A stretch of 25,331 nucleotides of DNA from Coleofasciculus chthonoplastes F2-STO-03 (GCA_040222015.1 JAVJWO010000113.1:1-25331), one strand, 5' to 3'; shown: positions 9,381 to 17,132, numbered from the stretch's first letter. Made by a program: numbers and translations. Notes: generated by a model from the letters alone, not told the origin.

Positions 9381-9982
9381 CTATCGGTTTAATTGGTGTT
9401 CTATTTCCTGAATCCGTTGGGAATAGCCGAGGGTTTGATATCCTTGGAGGGCAAGGCTGAACCAGTGCTTGGCTTGGTTGGGATTACCGAGTATGGTTTC
9501 GATGCGCCCTAGCTGATATTGGGCGTGGGTTTTCTCCTCGATGTCGTTGGGTTGGGCAAGTTCGATCGCTTTTTTGTAGTAGGGTTTGGCTTGGAGGGGG
9601 AGGGCGAGGTAATTTAAGTAGCGATCGCCTATTTTGCGGTAGATGGCTGCACTTTCTACGCCGTCAGCGATGAGGGATTCTAGGGTTGCGATCGCTTGAG
9701 TATGAAGATGATGTTTACTATAGAGTTTGGCTAAGGCTAGGGCTTTGGCGGTTTGATTCCAGGGTTGCTGGGTAATTTGGGCGGCTTGAGTGCGAATCTG
9801 TTGGGCTTGTTGTTCGTCGAGTCGGCTGAAATTTAGTCCGCCAGGTAGGGGGGGTTCATCCAGTGAGGATTCCCCGGTATCGGCTTCAATAATTAGCATA
9901 TAATTACCACCAGGTTGCAGTGGGGTTTCTCCTGGATAGGTGATTTGGGTATCGCTGACTTGGGTTGTCCATTCGATTCCAT
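9381..9982 (-). pseudogene. 5'-truncated TPR-containing protein of the type found next to cyanobacterial CHAT/FHA genes
   Basis: The 172-aa ORF frame stays open and protein-like upstream of Met 9899 (GIEWTTQVSDTQITYPGETPLQPGGNY) up to a TAG at 10005-10007 with no further in-frame ATG; the nearby ATG at 9982 is out of frame; C-terminal TPR-like helices. Confidence 0.6.
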
Positions 9983-10138
9983 TTTTTGTCTGTGTAGTTA
10001 GAGCCTAGCCAGAATCGTAACATGCTGTAATACGCTGGTCAACCTGGAAGTTGGAATACCTTCCTATATTCCCTAATCCGATCAAACTTGATAGCTGTTT
10101 GGGATTAAGTAAGTAGAATGTCACGCTCCTGGTATGCT

Positions 10139-10159
10139 GGTGGGCAATGCCCACCCTAC
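10139..10159. repeat. GTAG-type REP-like palindrome GGTGGGCAATGCCCACCCTAC
   Basis: Perfect stem just 3' of the CHAT-TPR gene; same family as 20833-20896 and 22847-22867. Confidence 0.8.
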
Positions 10160-10169
10160 TTATTCCTTC

Positions 10170-11939
10170 TTATTGTGCCGACAAATACTCTTGAGCTAAA
10201 CCCATACATTTATCTTGTTCGGGAACGTTATACTCTGAGTAGTTCAGTGTATTTTTCCAAGCCACTTTTGCCTCTTGCTTGTTTCCTTTGGTGTCTAGAA
10301 CTTGGGCTAATAAACAATAAGCATGAGGGCTATCGGGTTGAAGCGCGATCGCGTGACGTAAATCGGCTTCCGCTTCGTCTAACCGTTGTTGTTCCCAACG
10401 TACCCAACCCCGATTCTTCAAGCAAGCCGCTTTTACCCCATCATAGTCACTATGCTCTAAACACTCCCAGGTTTGTTTCAGTGCAGGTTGCAGATCTCCC
10501 TGCTGCAATTGCAAGCGAGCTAATTCCGGGTAAGCATCAGGAAGTCCCCGCAGGGCGGCTTGTTTAAACCGTTGTTCAGCACAAGCTGTATCATCAAGAC
10601 TTTCATCACATAACCAGGCTAAATTATAATAAGGTTGAGCATAATTAGGATTCAGCCAACTGGCAATGTGATAATACCATTGCGCCATTACTAACTGCCC
10701 GTTGCGGTGATTTCTGAGTCCCAGTTCATTCGCCAAAACTGCCAGTTTAGAACCGCAGAATAAGTAACTGCTAATCACTCCCACTAAACCAATCGCCACC
10801 CATTTGGATAAATTAATTGAAATCGGCTCTGTTGGTTTTGTAGACCAACTAAAGGGAATGACAGCCGGATGTTGACAAATGACGGGTAACCAACTTGCAC
10901 CCGGTAATTCATGTTCTAATCCCCGCAGTTGTTCTCTAGCTTGGCGCACCGATAAATGAAACGGTTCTCCGGCGGCAAAGTTTTTTAAGAAGTATTTCAA
11001 AAAGGCTTGTGCCACTGGATCAGCTACGGGTTCGCGCATGACAATCATTGGTGGGAGAGGAATCTGCTCCGCCGCCAATTCTCGTACTAATCCCAACCCA
11101 TCACAGGAATTAAAAATTGCTAATTTCAATCCGTTGTCAACAGCTTTTCTAATGGCTTCCTTGACTTCACCCATTCTCAGGCTATTATTCTGTTCATGTT
11201 GATTGATATACAGCCGTCCATGGGTGATATTATTCTCACTTTGGGAATGTCCCGCAAAGAAAATAATATCCCAGCCAGCTTGCCAAAGTTGGTCTGTCAA
11301 TTCCTGTCGCTCAGGTTCAATTAACCATGTAATTTCAGCTCCTGATAATCGTTTCAGTAATTCCCGATCTTTCTCCAAATTAATCCCGGCGCTGTTGCCT
11401 AAAATCGCTAATATTTTGACGTTAGCCTTGCGGCGATGGGGAATAACTGAAATTGCGGGTGCAGGATAATCTGGTGTGCTGAACGCTAATTCCCCCAAGC
11501 GATACTCCCCAAAAAAGTCCCAAAGATGCCACGGTAATTTCCAGACTTCTGGAGCATCGCTTTCAATAATGACCCGCACCGGTTCAGCGGGGTTTAATTG
11601 AGTTCTCAGTCCTGATTCAATTTTGCGAAATCCTTCACTATTTAACCAGGTATTAATTTGGGTTTGTAACTGCTGACAAATATCATTAAAATTTACCTCA
11701 GAACAATGAGTGATGCCTGATTCAACAATATCGATCGCGCCCCGATAACCATGACTTTGATAAAGTGCTGTATAGAGTAGTCGCCAGTCTCTGAGGAGTT
11801 GAGGAATATCGGGTGCTGTTGGCAAACTCCCTGTGAATTGCATATAAAGATTCCCCACCTCTCCCAACCGTGCTGTCACAGAACTAAATCCAGAGCTGAA
11901 GTTGCCTGAGCCGAGATTTAAGACAACGATTTTACTCAT
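10170..11939 (-). CDS. CHAT-domain protease with one transmembrane helix and C-terminal TPR repeats
   Basis: MSKIVVLNLGSGNF N-terminus; LPWHLWDFF; IIFFAGHS (His) and AIFNSCDG (Cys); VMREPVAD; GASWLPVI; TM WVAIGLVGVISSYLFCG; TPRs; AAGGAG RBS. Confidence 0.9.
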   Translation of the reverse strand: MSKIVVLNLGSGNFSSGFSSVTARLGEVGNLYMQFTGSLPTAPDIPQLLRDWRLLYTALYQSHGYRGAIDIVESGITHCSEVNFNDICQQLQTQINTWLNSEGFRKIESGLRTQLNPAEPVRVIIESDAPEVWKLPWHLWDFFGEYRLGELAFSTPDYPAPAISVIPHRRKANVKILAILGNSAGINLEKDRELLKRLSGAEITWLIEPERQELTDQLWQAGWDIIFFAGHSQSENNITHGRLYINQHEQNNSLRMGEVKEAIRKAVDNGLKLAIFNSCDGLGLVRELAAEQIPLPPMIVMREPVADPVAQAFLKYFLKNFAAGEPFHLSVRQAREQLRGLEHELPGASWLPVICQHPAVIPFSWSTKPTEPISINLSKWVAIGLVGVISSYLFCGSKLAVLANELGLRNHRNGQLVMAQWYYHIASWLNPNYAQPYYNLAWLCDESLDDTACAEQRFKQAALRGLPDAYPELARLQLQQGDLQPALKQTWECLEHSDYDGVKAACLKNRGWVRWEQQRLDEAEADLRHAIALQPDSPHAYCLLAQVLDTKGNKQEAKVAWKNTLNYSEYNVPEQDKCMGLAQEYLSAQ

Positions 11940-12063
11940 AGCTGCTCCTTTGATGAATGGGTTAGGGAACAGGTAGGGATAACTTAAATTAGTCTACCGA
12001 TTCATTAATAATTTTACTCAAATTATACTATAACTTTGACAAATATCATTAAGATTGTAGATT

Positions 12064-12095
12064 GTAGGGTGCGTTAGCAAAGCGTAACGCACCAT
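12064..12095. repeat. REP-like palindrome GTAGGGTGCGTTAGCAAAGCGTAACGCACCAT
   Basis: Near-identical to the copy at 3874-3905. Confidence 0.8.
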
Positions 12096-12163
12096 TGTTT
12101 AAGTCGGTTGGTGGAAATAAACACAACGAAATTAAGTTTTGTCAACACACCTCAACCCCTTAC

Positions 12164-12192
12164 AAATGACCAATGACAAAGGACAAATGACC
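12164..12192. repeat. STRR-type heptamer repeat (CAAATGA/CAAAGGA-like) x4
   Basis: caaatga ccaatga caaagga caaatga. Confidence 0.7.
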
Positions 12193-12194
12193 AG

Positions 12195-13196
12195 TCAGAG
12201 TGTAAAGGATTCGGTAACACTGATACCATTCAGGGCGACTTGCAGACCAAAATTAGTTCCTGGTTCGACTCGAAATTGTCGGAGTTGAACCCATAAATCT
12301 AACCCTCTCGATTGTACGGCTTGTAGCCTATCTCCGGCGTCGGAAAGTAAAGCCAATGTCAGATTTCCGGGTAAATAGCGATCGCCCTCCGTAGGATGGA
12401 CTTGAACGAACACACTAACCTTGCGATCGCTCTCTTGAGTCAGTGCCATAACTAAAGCAAGACGTTGAGTTCCCAACTCCATGCCCAAATCGATTAATTT
12501 AGCTCGCATAATATCGGCATCTGGAAAAAGTTTAACTTCAGTTCCAAATCGACGCAATGCAGGTACAGTTTGCCCTGACATCGACGGCTCACTATCAGAC
12601 TCCCATAACTCTTCAAGTTGTTGCCAACCCGCCGCAAACTGATTAGCAAACCACTGATTAAGATTGACAATTGGGTTAGTTAATTTATCCAGATACTCTA
12701 ATAACGCATCAAAGGGTTGTAACTGGGGCAAAAATACCTGACCTGTGCCAGCCGTTTGGGTGAATCCCAACAGTTTTGATTCTTTTCGCTTGGGATCAAT
12801 CGCCACAAAAACATAGCCAATGCGTTCCTGCCAAACCTCTGGCGGAATCGAGCCAAATTCGGGAATCCAGCGATTGTTTTCAGATCCTGAATTATTCTCG
12901 AATACTTTCACCGGACGACATTCTAACGTTCCCAACCCTTTAACCTTAAGATCTGCCACATCTGCTCCTAAGCAGACGACAGGATTGGAAAAATCACTGT
13001 GTTCAATATCGGTATCTATCTCCATCAGTTCCAAATAATCCCGGACAGCCCAAACTGCCAACGTATTCAAATAAACTTGTTCGGCTTTTTCGGCTGTCGG
13101 TTGTTTCTGGGCAAAACCTTGTGCCATTTGGATGACCTTGGACATAATTGGCATGGGGAAAGCATTCTTTAAAAGTAAGTCTACGCTAGTCATCAT
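12195..13196 (-). CDS. DUF1822-family protein (candidate anti-sigma / sigma partner)
   Basis: AEKAEQVYLNTLAVWAVRDYL..DVADL..G.LECRPV..ERIGYVFV..LLGF; NLNQWF..FAAGWQ; RAKLIDLG..VQVHP..YLP..L.LALL; AAGGAG RBS. Confidence 0.85.
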   Translation of the reverse strand: MMTSVDLLLKNAFPMPIMSKVIQMAQGFAQKQPTAEKAEQVYLNTLAVWAVRDYLELMEIDTDIEHSDFSNPVVCLGADVADLKVKGLGTLECRPVKVFENNSGSENNRWIPEFGSIPPEVWQERIGYVFVAIDPKRKESKLLGFTQTAGTGQVFLPQLQPFDALLEYLDKLTNPIVNLNQWFANQFAAGWQQLEELWESDSEPSMSGQTVPALRRFGTEVKLFPDADIMRAKLIDLGMELGTQRLALVMALTQESDRKVSVFVQVHPTEGDRYLPGNLTLALLSDAGDRLQAVQSRGLDLWVQLRQFRVEPGTNFGLQVALNGISVTESFTL

Positions 13197-13244
13197 TCGC
13201 TCCTTTCCAGTCCTGTTATTGCTACGAGGTTAATCAATTATTTC

Positions 13245-13813
13245 CTATAAATATCCTTGAGATTCACCAAATTTTCGTAAGAAGGAAATACAATGACGCT
13301 GGTAAAACGTTGCCAACGTGGAAACCTTACAATTAAACTCTGCTTCCAGTTTTATCCATTCTGTCTCTGGTGGTAAGCGACGTAAAATTAAAACTTGACA
13401 GGTTATATCGGGACGTCCTCTAATATGAGTGCTGGATAATCCCCCATCCGGATCAGATTCTGCCCACTGTCGGGTGTCTTCCAGAATCGGCGGAATATCA
13501 GGGTGGGTATCCGGTAAATTGTCAATTGGATCAGTTGGATTCTCCGAGTTTGGATGCGGTTGAGATTGATGGTGTTGTTCTTGCCATCGTTTCAAGCGCA
13601 AATCCTTCAGTCGTGCTTTAAGATAGGCATCCAACCAAGTTGTCACCGTCGCTCTCGCCGGATCATAGTTCTCGATATTTCGGCATAGATACAACCAGGT
13701 GAGTTGCAGTGCTTCTTCGTAATCGGGGCTATTCTCCCGCCAGAGTTTTCCGGATTGTGCGATCGCGCGAATTAGTTGATCCAAGCAGCGACGCCGTTGC
13801 AGGCTCGATTCAT
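13245..13813 (-). CDS. Sigma-70-family (ECF-like) RNA polymerase sigma factor, apparently 5'-damaged (possible pseudogene)
   Basis: Region-2-like YEEALQLTWLYLCRNIENYDPARATVTTWL and C-terminal HTH-like WIKLEAEFNCKVSTLATFYQR; the ORF starts only at TTG 13784, the frame continues upstream (SLQRRRCL) to TAG 13815-13817, and ATG 13813 is out of frame. Confidence 0.75.
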
Positions 13814-13831
13814 CCTACCTGACAGGGTTAT

Positions 13832-13859
13832 GTAAGGTATGGCACTGCCGTGCCCCTAC
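13832..13859. repeat. Degenerate GTAGGGGCACGGCA..TGCCGTGCCCCTAC palindrome (array boundary 1, empty MITE site)
   Basis: Related copies at 14898, 16793 and 17105. Confidence 0.8.
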
Positions 13860-13981
13860 GGAATCCGGTTTGTTCAACGATATCTTCAAGCCTTTGGGGT
13901 TTTATGTAAAGGTTTGTAACGATTTTTTCCCGATTGCGAAACTTTGAGAAATGCCACCGATATCTCAACAGAGATTTAGAA
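13860..13981 (+). promoter_or_regulatory. 122-bp upstream block, copy 1, containing an HLR1 (RpaB-type) motif at 13903-13920
   Basis: Aligns without gaps to 15025-15146; minus strand reads GTTACAAA-CC-TTTACATA. Confidence 0.7.
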
Positions 13982-14141
13982 CATTTATCGAACCCACACA
14001 GATTTGATCCGAACAGAAGTTATCTGTGTTTGGGAGATCGGTAAGTTTATCAATCTAATTGGTGCAGCATCTTTCATGTGCGATCGCACTCTCTCCATCG
14101 TGCAAATGATTAACCGTTTAACTTCACAAGGAGTCATAAAA

Positions 14142-14882
14142 ATGTTAGTTCAATCAATGTCTTCCATTCTAGGTAAAACAATCACTTTAAGTGTATTGCC
14201 ACTGAGCTTGGCTATGGTGATGGCAAACACAGCTCACGCTGCTACTGTCAGCTATATAGCTGGTAATGCGGATAATTTCAATACTAGTGATGGTCTAGAG
14301 AATTCCACTCCGAGTGCTGCTTTGGAACAATGGGCAGATCAGAATTATGCCTATGGAGCCTCAACCCTTTTCGATCGCTCAGTTAATGATTATGATGATT
14401 ACTTTGTTCACACCTTTAGTGACTTACACAGTAATTTATCGAATCCCATTGTTTTTGGAGAGTTAGAAATTAGCTTGAGAGCAACCAATTCTTCTATGAG
14501 TTATAACGATGCAATTAACTTGCGATTTACAAATCCTGATGGAACATTGACTCCAGGCTGGGGTCGGCATATTGGTCAGGGGGATTCCACTGAGGGACTT
14601 TTGCCAACTACCTGGTCAAATAGTCAAAGTCATACATTTACATTCAATCTAGCCAATCTTCCCTTAGCACCGGGTCAAAATCCAACAGCGAGTAACCTGC
14701 TACCAACACTCAATCAAAAGGGTTTCTTAGACGTTGTTGTCGAAGACGATACATCGATTGACTATATCAAATTAACGGTTTCTGACGTCCCTGAACCTTT
14801 GACTATTCTGGGTTCAGCCACAGCTCTAGGCTTTGGTGCTTTATTGAAGCGGCAACAGTCCAGAAAGCAGAATAAAAGCTGA
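14142..14882 (+). CDS. PEP-CTERM (exosortase target) surface protein 1
   Basis: AAGGAG RBS before ATG 14142; signal peptide ending AHA-AT; VPEP-TM-basic tail. Confidence 0.9.
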   Translation: MLVQSMSSILGKTITLSVLPLSLAMVMANTAHAATVSYIAGNADNFNTSDGLENSTPSAALEQWADQNYAYGASTLFDRSVNDYDDYFVHTFSDLHSNLSNPIVFGELEISLRATNSSMSYNDAINLRFTNPDGTLTPGWGRHIGQGDSTEGLLPTTWSNSQSHTFTFNLANLPLAPGQNPTASNLLPTLNQKGFLDVVVEDDTSIDYIKLTVSDVPEPLTILGSATALGFGALLKRQQSRKQNKS

Positions 14883-14897
14883 GTCTGACATTTTTAT

Positions 14898-14924
14898 GTA
14901 GGGGCACGGCACTGCCGTGCCCTA
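14898..14924. repeat. GTAGGGGCACGGCACTGCCGTGCCCTA palindrome (array boundary 2)
   Basis: GGGCACGGCA/TGCCGTGCCC stem. Confidence 0.85.
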
Positions 14925-15021
14925 GAGCGCCAGTCCAGTAATCCCAGCTATAACGCAAAACGGTCATTCTGGCGTTCATCCTCAACGAAAAATCAGGCTC
15001 TTTACTATTAGTGCAGCGCTC
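14925..15021. mobile_element. ~97-bp MITE-like insertion, copy 1 (TA duplication, GAGCG..CGCTC termini)
   Basis: Absent from the equivalent site at 13850-13866; CCCTAGAGCG...CGCTCTAGGG symmetry. Confidence 0.7.
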
Positions 15022-15024
15022 TAG

Positions 15025-15146
15025 GGAATCCGGTTTATTCAACAATATCTTCAACCCTTTGGGGTCTTATGTAAAGGTTTGTAACGGTTTTGCCCGGATT
15101 GCGAAACTTTGAGAAATGCCACCGATATATCAGCAGAGATTTAGAA
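15025..15146 (+). promoter_or_regulatory. 122-bp upstream block, copy 2, with HLR1 motif at 15068-15085
   Basis: Direct repeat of 13860-13981; TATGTAAAGGTTTGTAAC identical in both copies. Confidence 0.7.
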
Positions 15147-15180
15147 AGTTCATCAACGCAACGTAAAGAGGAGAAAGGTT

Positions 15181-15825
15181 ATGAATATCTACAAAAATTT
15201 ATCAATTGGTTTGACTTGCACAACACTTGTTGCTTTATATGCCAATGCTGCTACAGCTGCTAGTATTTCAGTAGGTGGTACTCAAGTTCCTGGTCAAGGT
15301 TCTTTCTCAAATGTACCAGGAGCGATAACTGTAGATTTCGACGATGGCGAAGTACCAACATCAGGCTTGGCTATTTATTCCGATGCCCCAGTTGTTCAAG
15401 GTACTGTTTTTGGGGGGCAAAAACCTGATGATGATGATACCCCTTATTTAGATATGTACCCAACAAAACGTGTTGATATCGACTTTACTAAAGACATAAA
15501 ATACTTTGGTCTGTACTGGGGTTCGGTTGATAGTGGTAACACTATTGAGTTTTACCAAGATAATGTTTTGTTGGATACATTTAGTGGTACTGATGTTTTG
15601 AACGCGGCTGGTCAAACTGTAAGTAATGGCATTTATGCTAACTTCTTCGCTGACGCTAATGAATCTTTTGACAAAGTGGTCTTGAAAACGGGCTTACCTT
15701 TTGAAAGTGACAATCACGCTTACAAGCCTGTTCCCGAACCTCTAACGATTCTGGGTTCAGCCACAGCTCTAGGTTTTGGTGCTTTATTGAAGCGGCAACA
15801 ATCCAGAAAGCAGAAGAAAAGCTGA
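15181..15825 (+). CDS. PEP-CTERM surface protein 2 (Npun_F0296-like family)
   Basis: GAGGAG RBS; signal peptide ATA-AS; YFGLYWGSVD..NTIEFY..FESDNHAY motif; VPEP tail. Confidence 0.9.
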   Translation: MNIYKNLSIGLTCTTLVALYANAATAASISVGGTQVPGQGSFSNVPGAITVDFDDGEVPTSGLAIYSDAPVVQGTVFGGQKPDDDDTPYLDMYPTKRVDIDFTKDIKYFGLYWGSVDSGNTIEFYQDNVLLDTFSGTDVLNAAGQTVSNGIYANFFADANESFDKVVLKTGLPFESDNHAYKPVPEPLTILGSATALGFGALLKRQQSRKQKKS

Positions 15826-15909
15826 GGCAAATAATTAATCAGCTTGAGCAATCTCCGCTTCCATAAAATAGTGAGCATTTTCTATCTAATTTTTTGAGCT
15901 TACACTTGT

Positions 15910-15945
15910 GAGAATCCCGACTTATTCAAGAAGTTGGGACTCTCG
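15910..15945. repeat. Imperfect hairpin GAGAATCCCGACTT..AAGTTGGGACTCTC between PEP-CTERM genes 2 and 3
   Basis: Inverted repeat read directly. Confidence 0.55.
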
Positions 15946-15974
15946 AATATCTCCATTTATTAAGAATTTGAACA

Positions 15975-16781
15975 ATGACTATTATGTGCCAAAAATTAGC
16001 ACTTGCTGTTTGTTTAATCGCAAGTCTGATACCCTCTAAAGTGTTTGCTGCATCCATTTGGCTTAAAAGTGGTCAAGTGAATGGGCTGCTGCCACCAGGA
16101 AACCCCACAAAGGGAAGGTTGAATTTATTTGATGACAACATTACCTACTGGACAACAGGAGAATCTACTCATCTACTGAAGTCAACAGCATTTACAGATA
16201 GCGACTTTGCTAAGGCTAGAGGTATTGGTTGTACCGCTTCTGACATTTGTGGTAGAGCCAAATTAATTATTCCGGATTCTGCTTGGGGTGGTAATCTAGA
16301 AGCAGATTCTGATGCAAGGTGGATTAATTGGCATTCTAGTTCAACAGGAACAAGTTTCGGTTTGCCAGCCGCTTCTGTACTCTATGCATTTCCTTTCACA
16401 GTCTCAATACCTATAGAGAACATTGCTTCAGCCTCTATTGATTTCCATGCCAAAGTAGACGATTTTCTTGGAGACCCGAATGGACCAAATCCAATTGGAG
16501 TATATATTAATGGTCAACCTTTAAATAACAGCTTTGGCTCTAACGTTGGAAATCCTTTATCGGCGTCTCAAACAGGAATCGAGGATCTATTGATATCAGG
16601 TGAGAATACACTCTATGTTTACCAACGAGATGCAGGCTCTGTCGTGAGTGGAAGTATATTCAGTGCCCATATCGATGTTAAACCTGTCCCTGAACCTTTG
16701 ACTATCCTGGGTTCAGCTACTGCTTTAGGTTTTGGTGCTTTATTGAAGCGGCAACAATCGAGGAAGCAGAAGAAAAACTGA
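15975..16781 (+). CDS. PEP-CTERM surface protein 3 (possible beta-sandwich / galactose-binding-like domain)
   Basis: Signal peptide VFA-AS; ARWI..VDD..VYING..GENTLYVY pattern; VPEP tail. Confidence 0.88.
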   Translation: MTIMCQKLALAVCLIASLIPSKVFAASIWLKSGQVNGLLPPGNPTKGRLNLFDDNITYWTTGESTHLLKSTAFTDSDFAKARGIGCTASDICGRAKLIIPDSAWGGNLEADSDARWINWHSSSTGTSFGLPAASVLYAFPFTVSIPIENIASASIDFHAKVDDFLGDPNGPNPIGVYINGQPLNNSFGSNVGNPLSASQTGIEDLLISGENTLYVYQRDAGSVVSGSIFSAHIDVKPVPEPLTILGSATALGFGALLKRQQSRKQKKN

Positions 16782-16792
16782 GACATTTTTAT

Positions 16793-16819
16793 GTAGGGGC
16801 ACGGCAGTGCCGTGCCCTA
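16793..16819. repeat. GTAGGGGCACGGCAGTGCCGTGCCCTA palindrome (array boundary 3)
   Basis: Same as 14898-14924 apart from the loop base. Confidence 0.85.
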
Positions 16820-16915
16820 GAGCGCCAGTCCAGTCCAGCTATAACGCAAAACGGTTATTCTGGCGCTCATTCTCAACGGAAAATCAGGTTCTTTACTATT
16901 AGTGGATCGACGCTC
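16820..16915. mobile_element. ~96-bp MITE-like insertion, copy 2
   Basis: Diverged copy of 14925-15021 in the same context, TA-flanked. Confidence 0.7.
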
Positions 16916-16975
16916 TAGGGAATCCGGTTTGTTCAATAATATAGCGCTATGCGCCAGGAAATAGATAATAAGTAA

Positions 16976-17095
16976 TCAACAATCAATCAAAAGGGTTTCT
17001 TAGACGTTATTGTCCAAGACGATACATCAGTAGACTATATCAAATTAACGGTTTCTAACGTCCCTGAACCTCTAAGGATTCTCGGCTCAGTCTGA
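16976..17095 (+). pseudogene. Remnant of a PEP-CTERM gene-1 paralog (STINQKGFLDVIVQDDTSVDYIKLTVSNVPEPLRILGSV*)
   Basis: Nucleotide and protein match to 14703-14818; no start codon; TM and basic tail deleted. Confidence 0.85.
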
Positions 17096-17104
17096 CATTT
17101 TTAT

Positions 17105-17132
17105 GTAGGGCACGGCAATGCCGTGCCCCTAC
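17105..17132. repeat. GTAGGGCACGGCAATGCCGTGCCCCTAC palindrome (array boundary 4, no MITE)
   Basis: Preceded by GTCTGACATTTTTAT as at 14883. Confidence 0.85.

Noticed and set aside
10118..13038. Plus-strand ORFs 10118-10567, 11203-11469 and 12820-13038
   Set aside because: Antisense to the CHAT-TPR and DUF1822 genes
10170..13813. Type III-E CRISPR (Craspase) locus
   Set aside because: CHAT and sigma genes are present but there is no Cas7-11 gene or array; only a mechanistic analogy
14004..14141. 46-codon N-terminal extension of PEP-CTERM gene 1
   Set aside because: TTG start without RBS; the RBS and signal peptide fit ATG 14142
14803..15054. 83-aa minus-strand ORF
   Set aside because: Runs through the MITE, the REP and the antisense of gene 1; not maintained in the second copy
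13828..17132. Integron cassette array or diversity-generating retroelement
   Set aside because: No integrase or reverse transcriptase; no attC-like ends; differences between the remnant and gene 1 are not confined to adenines
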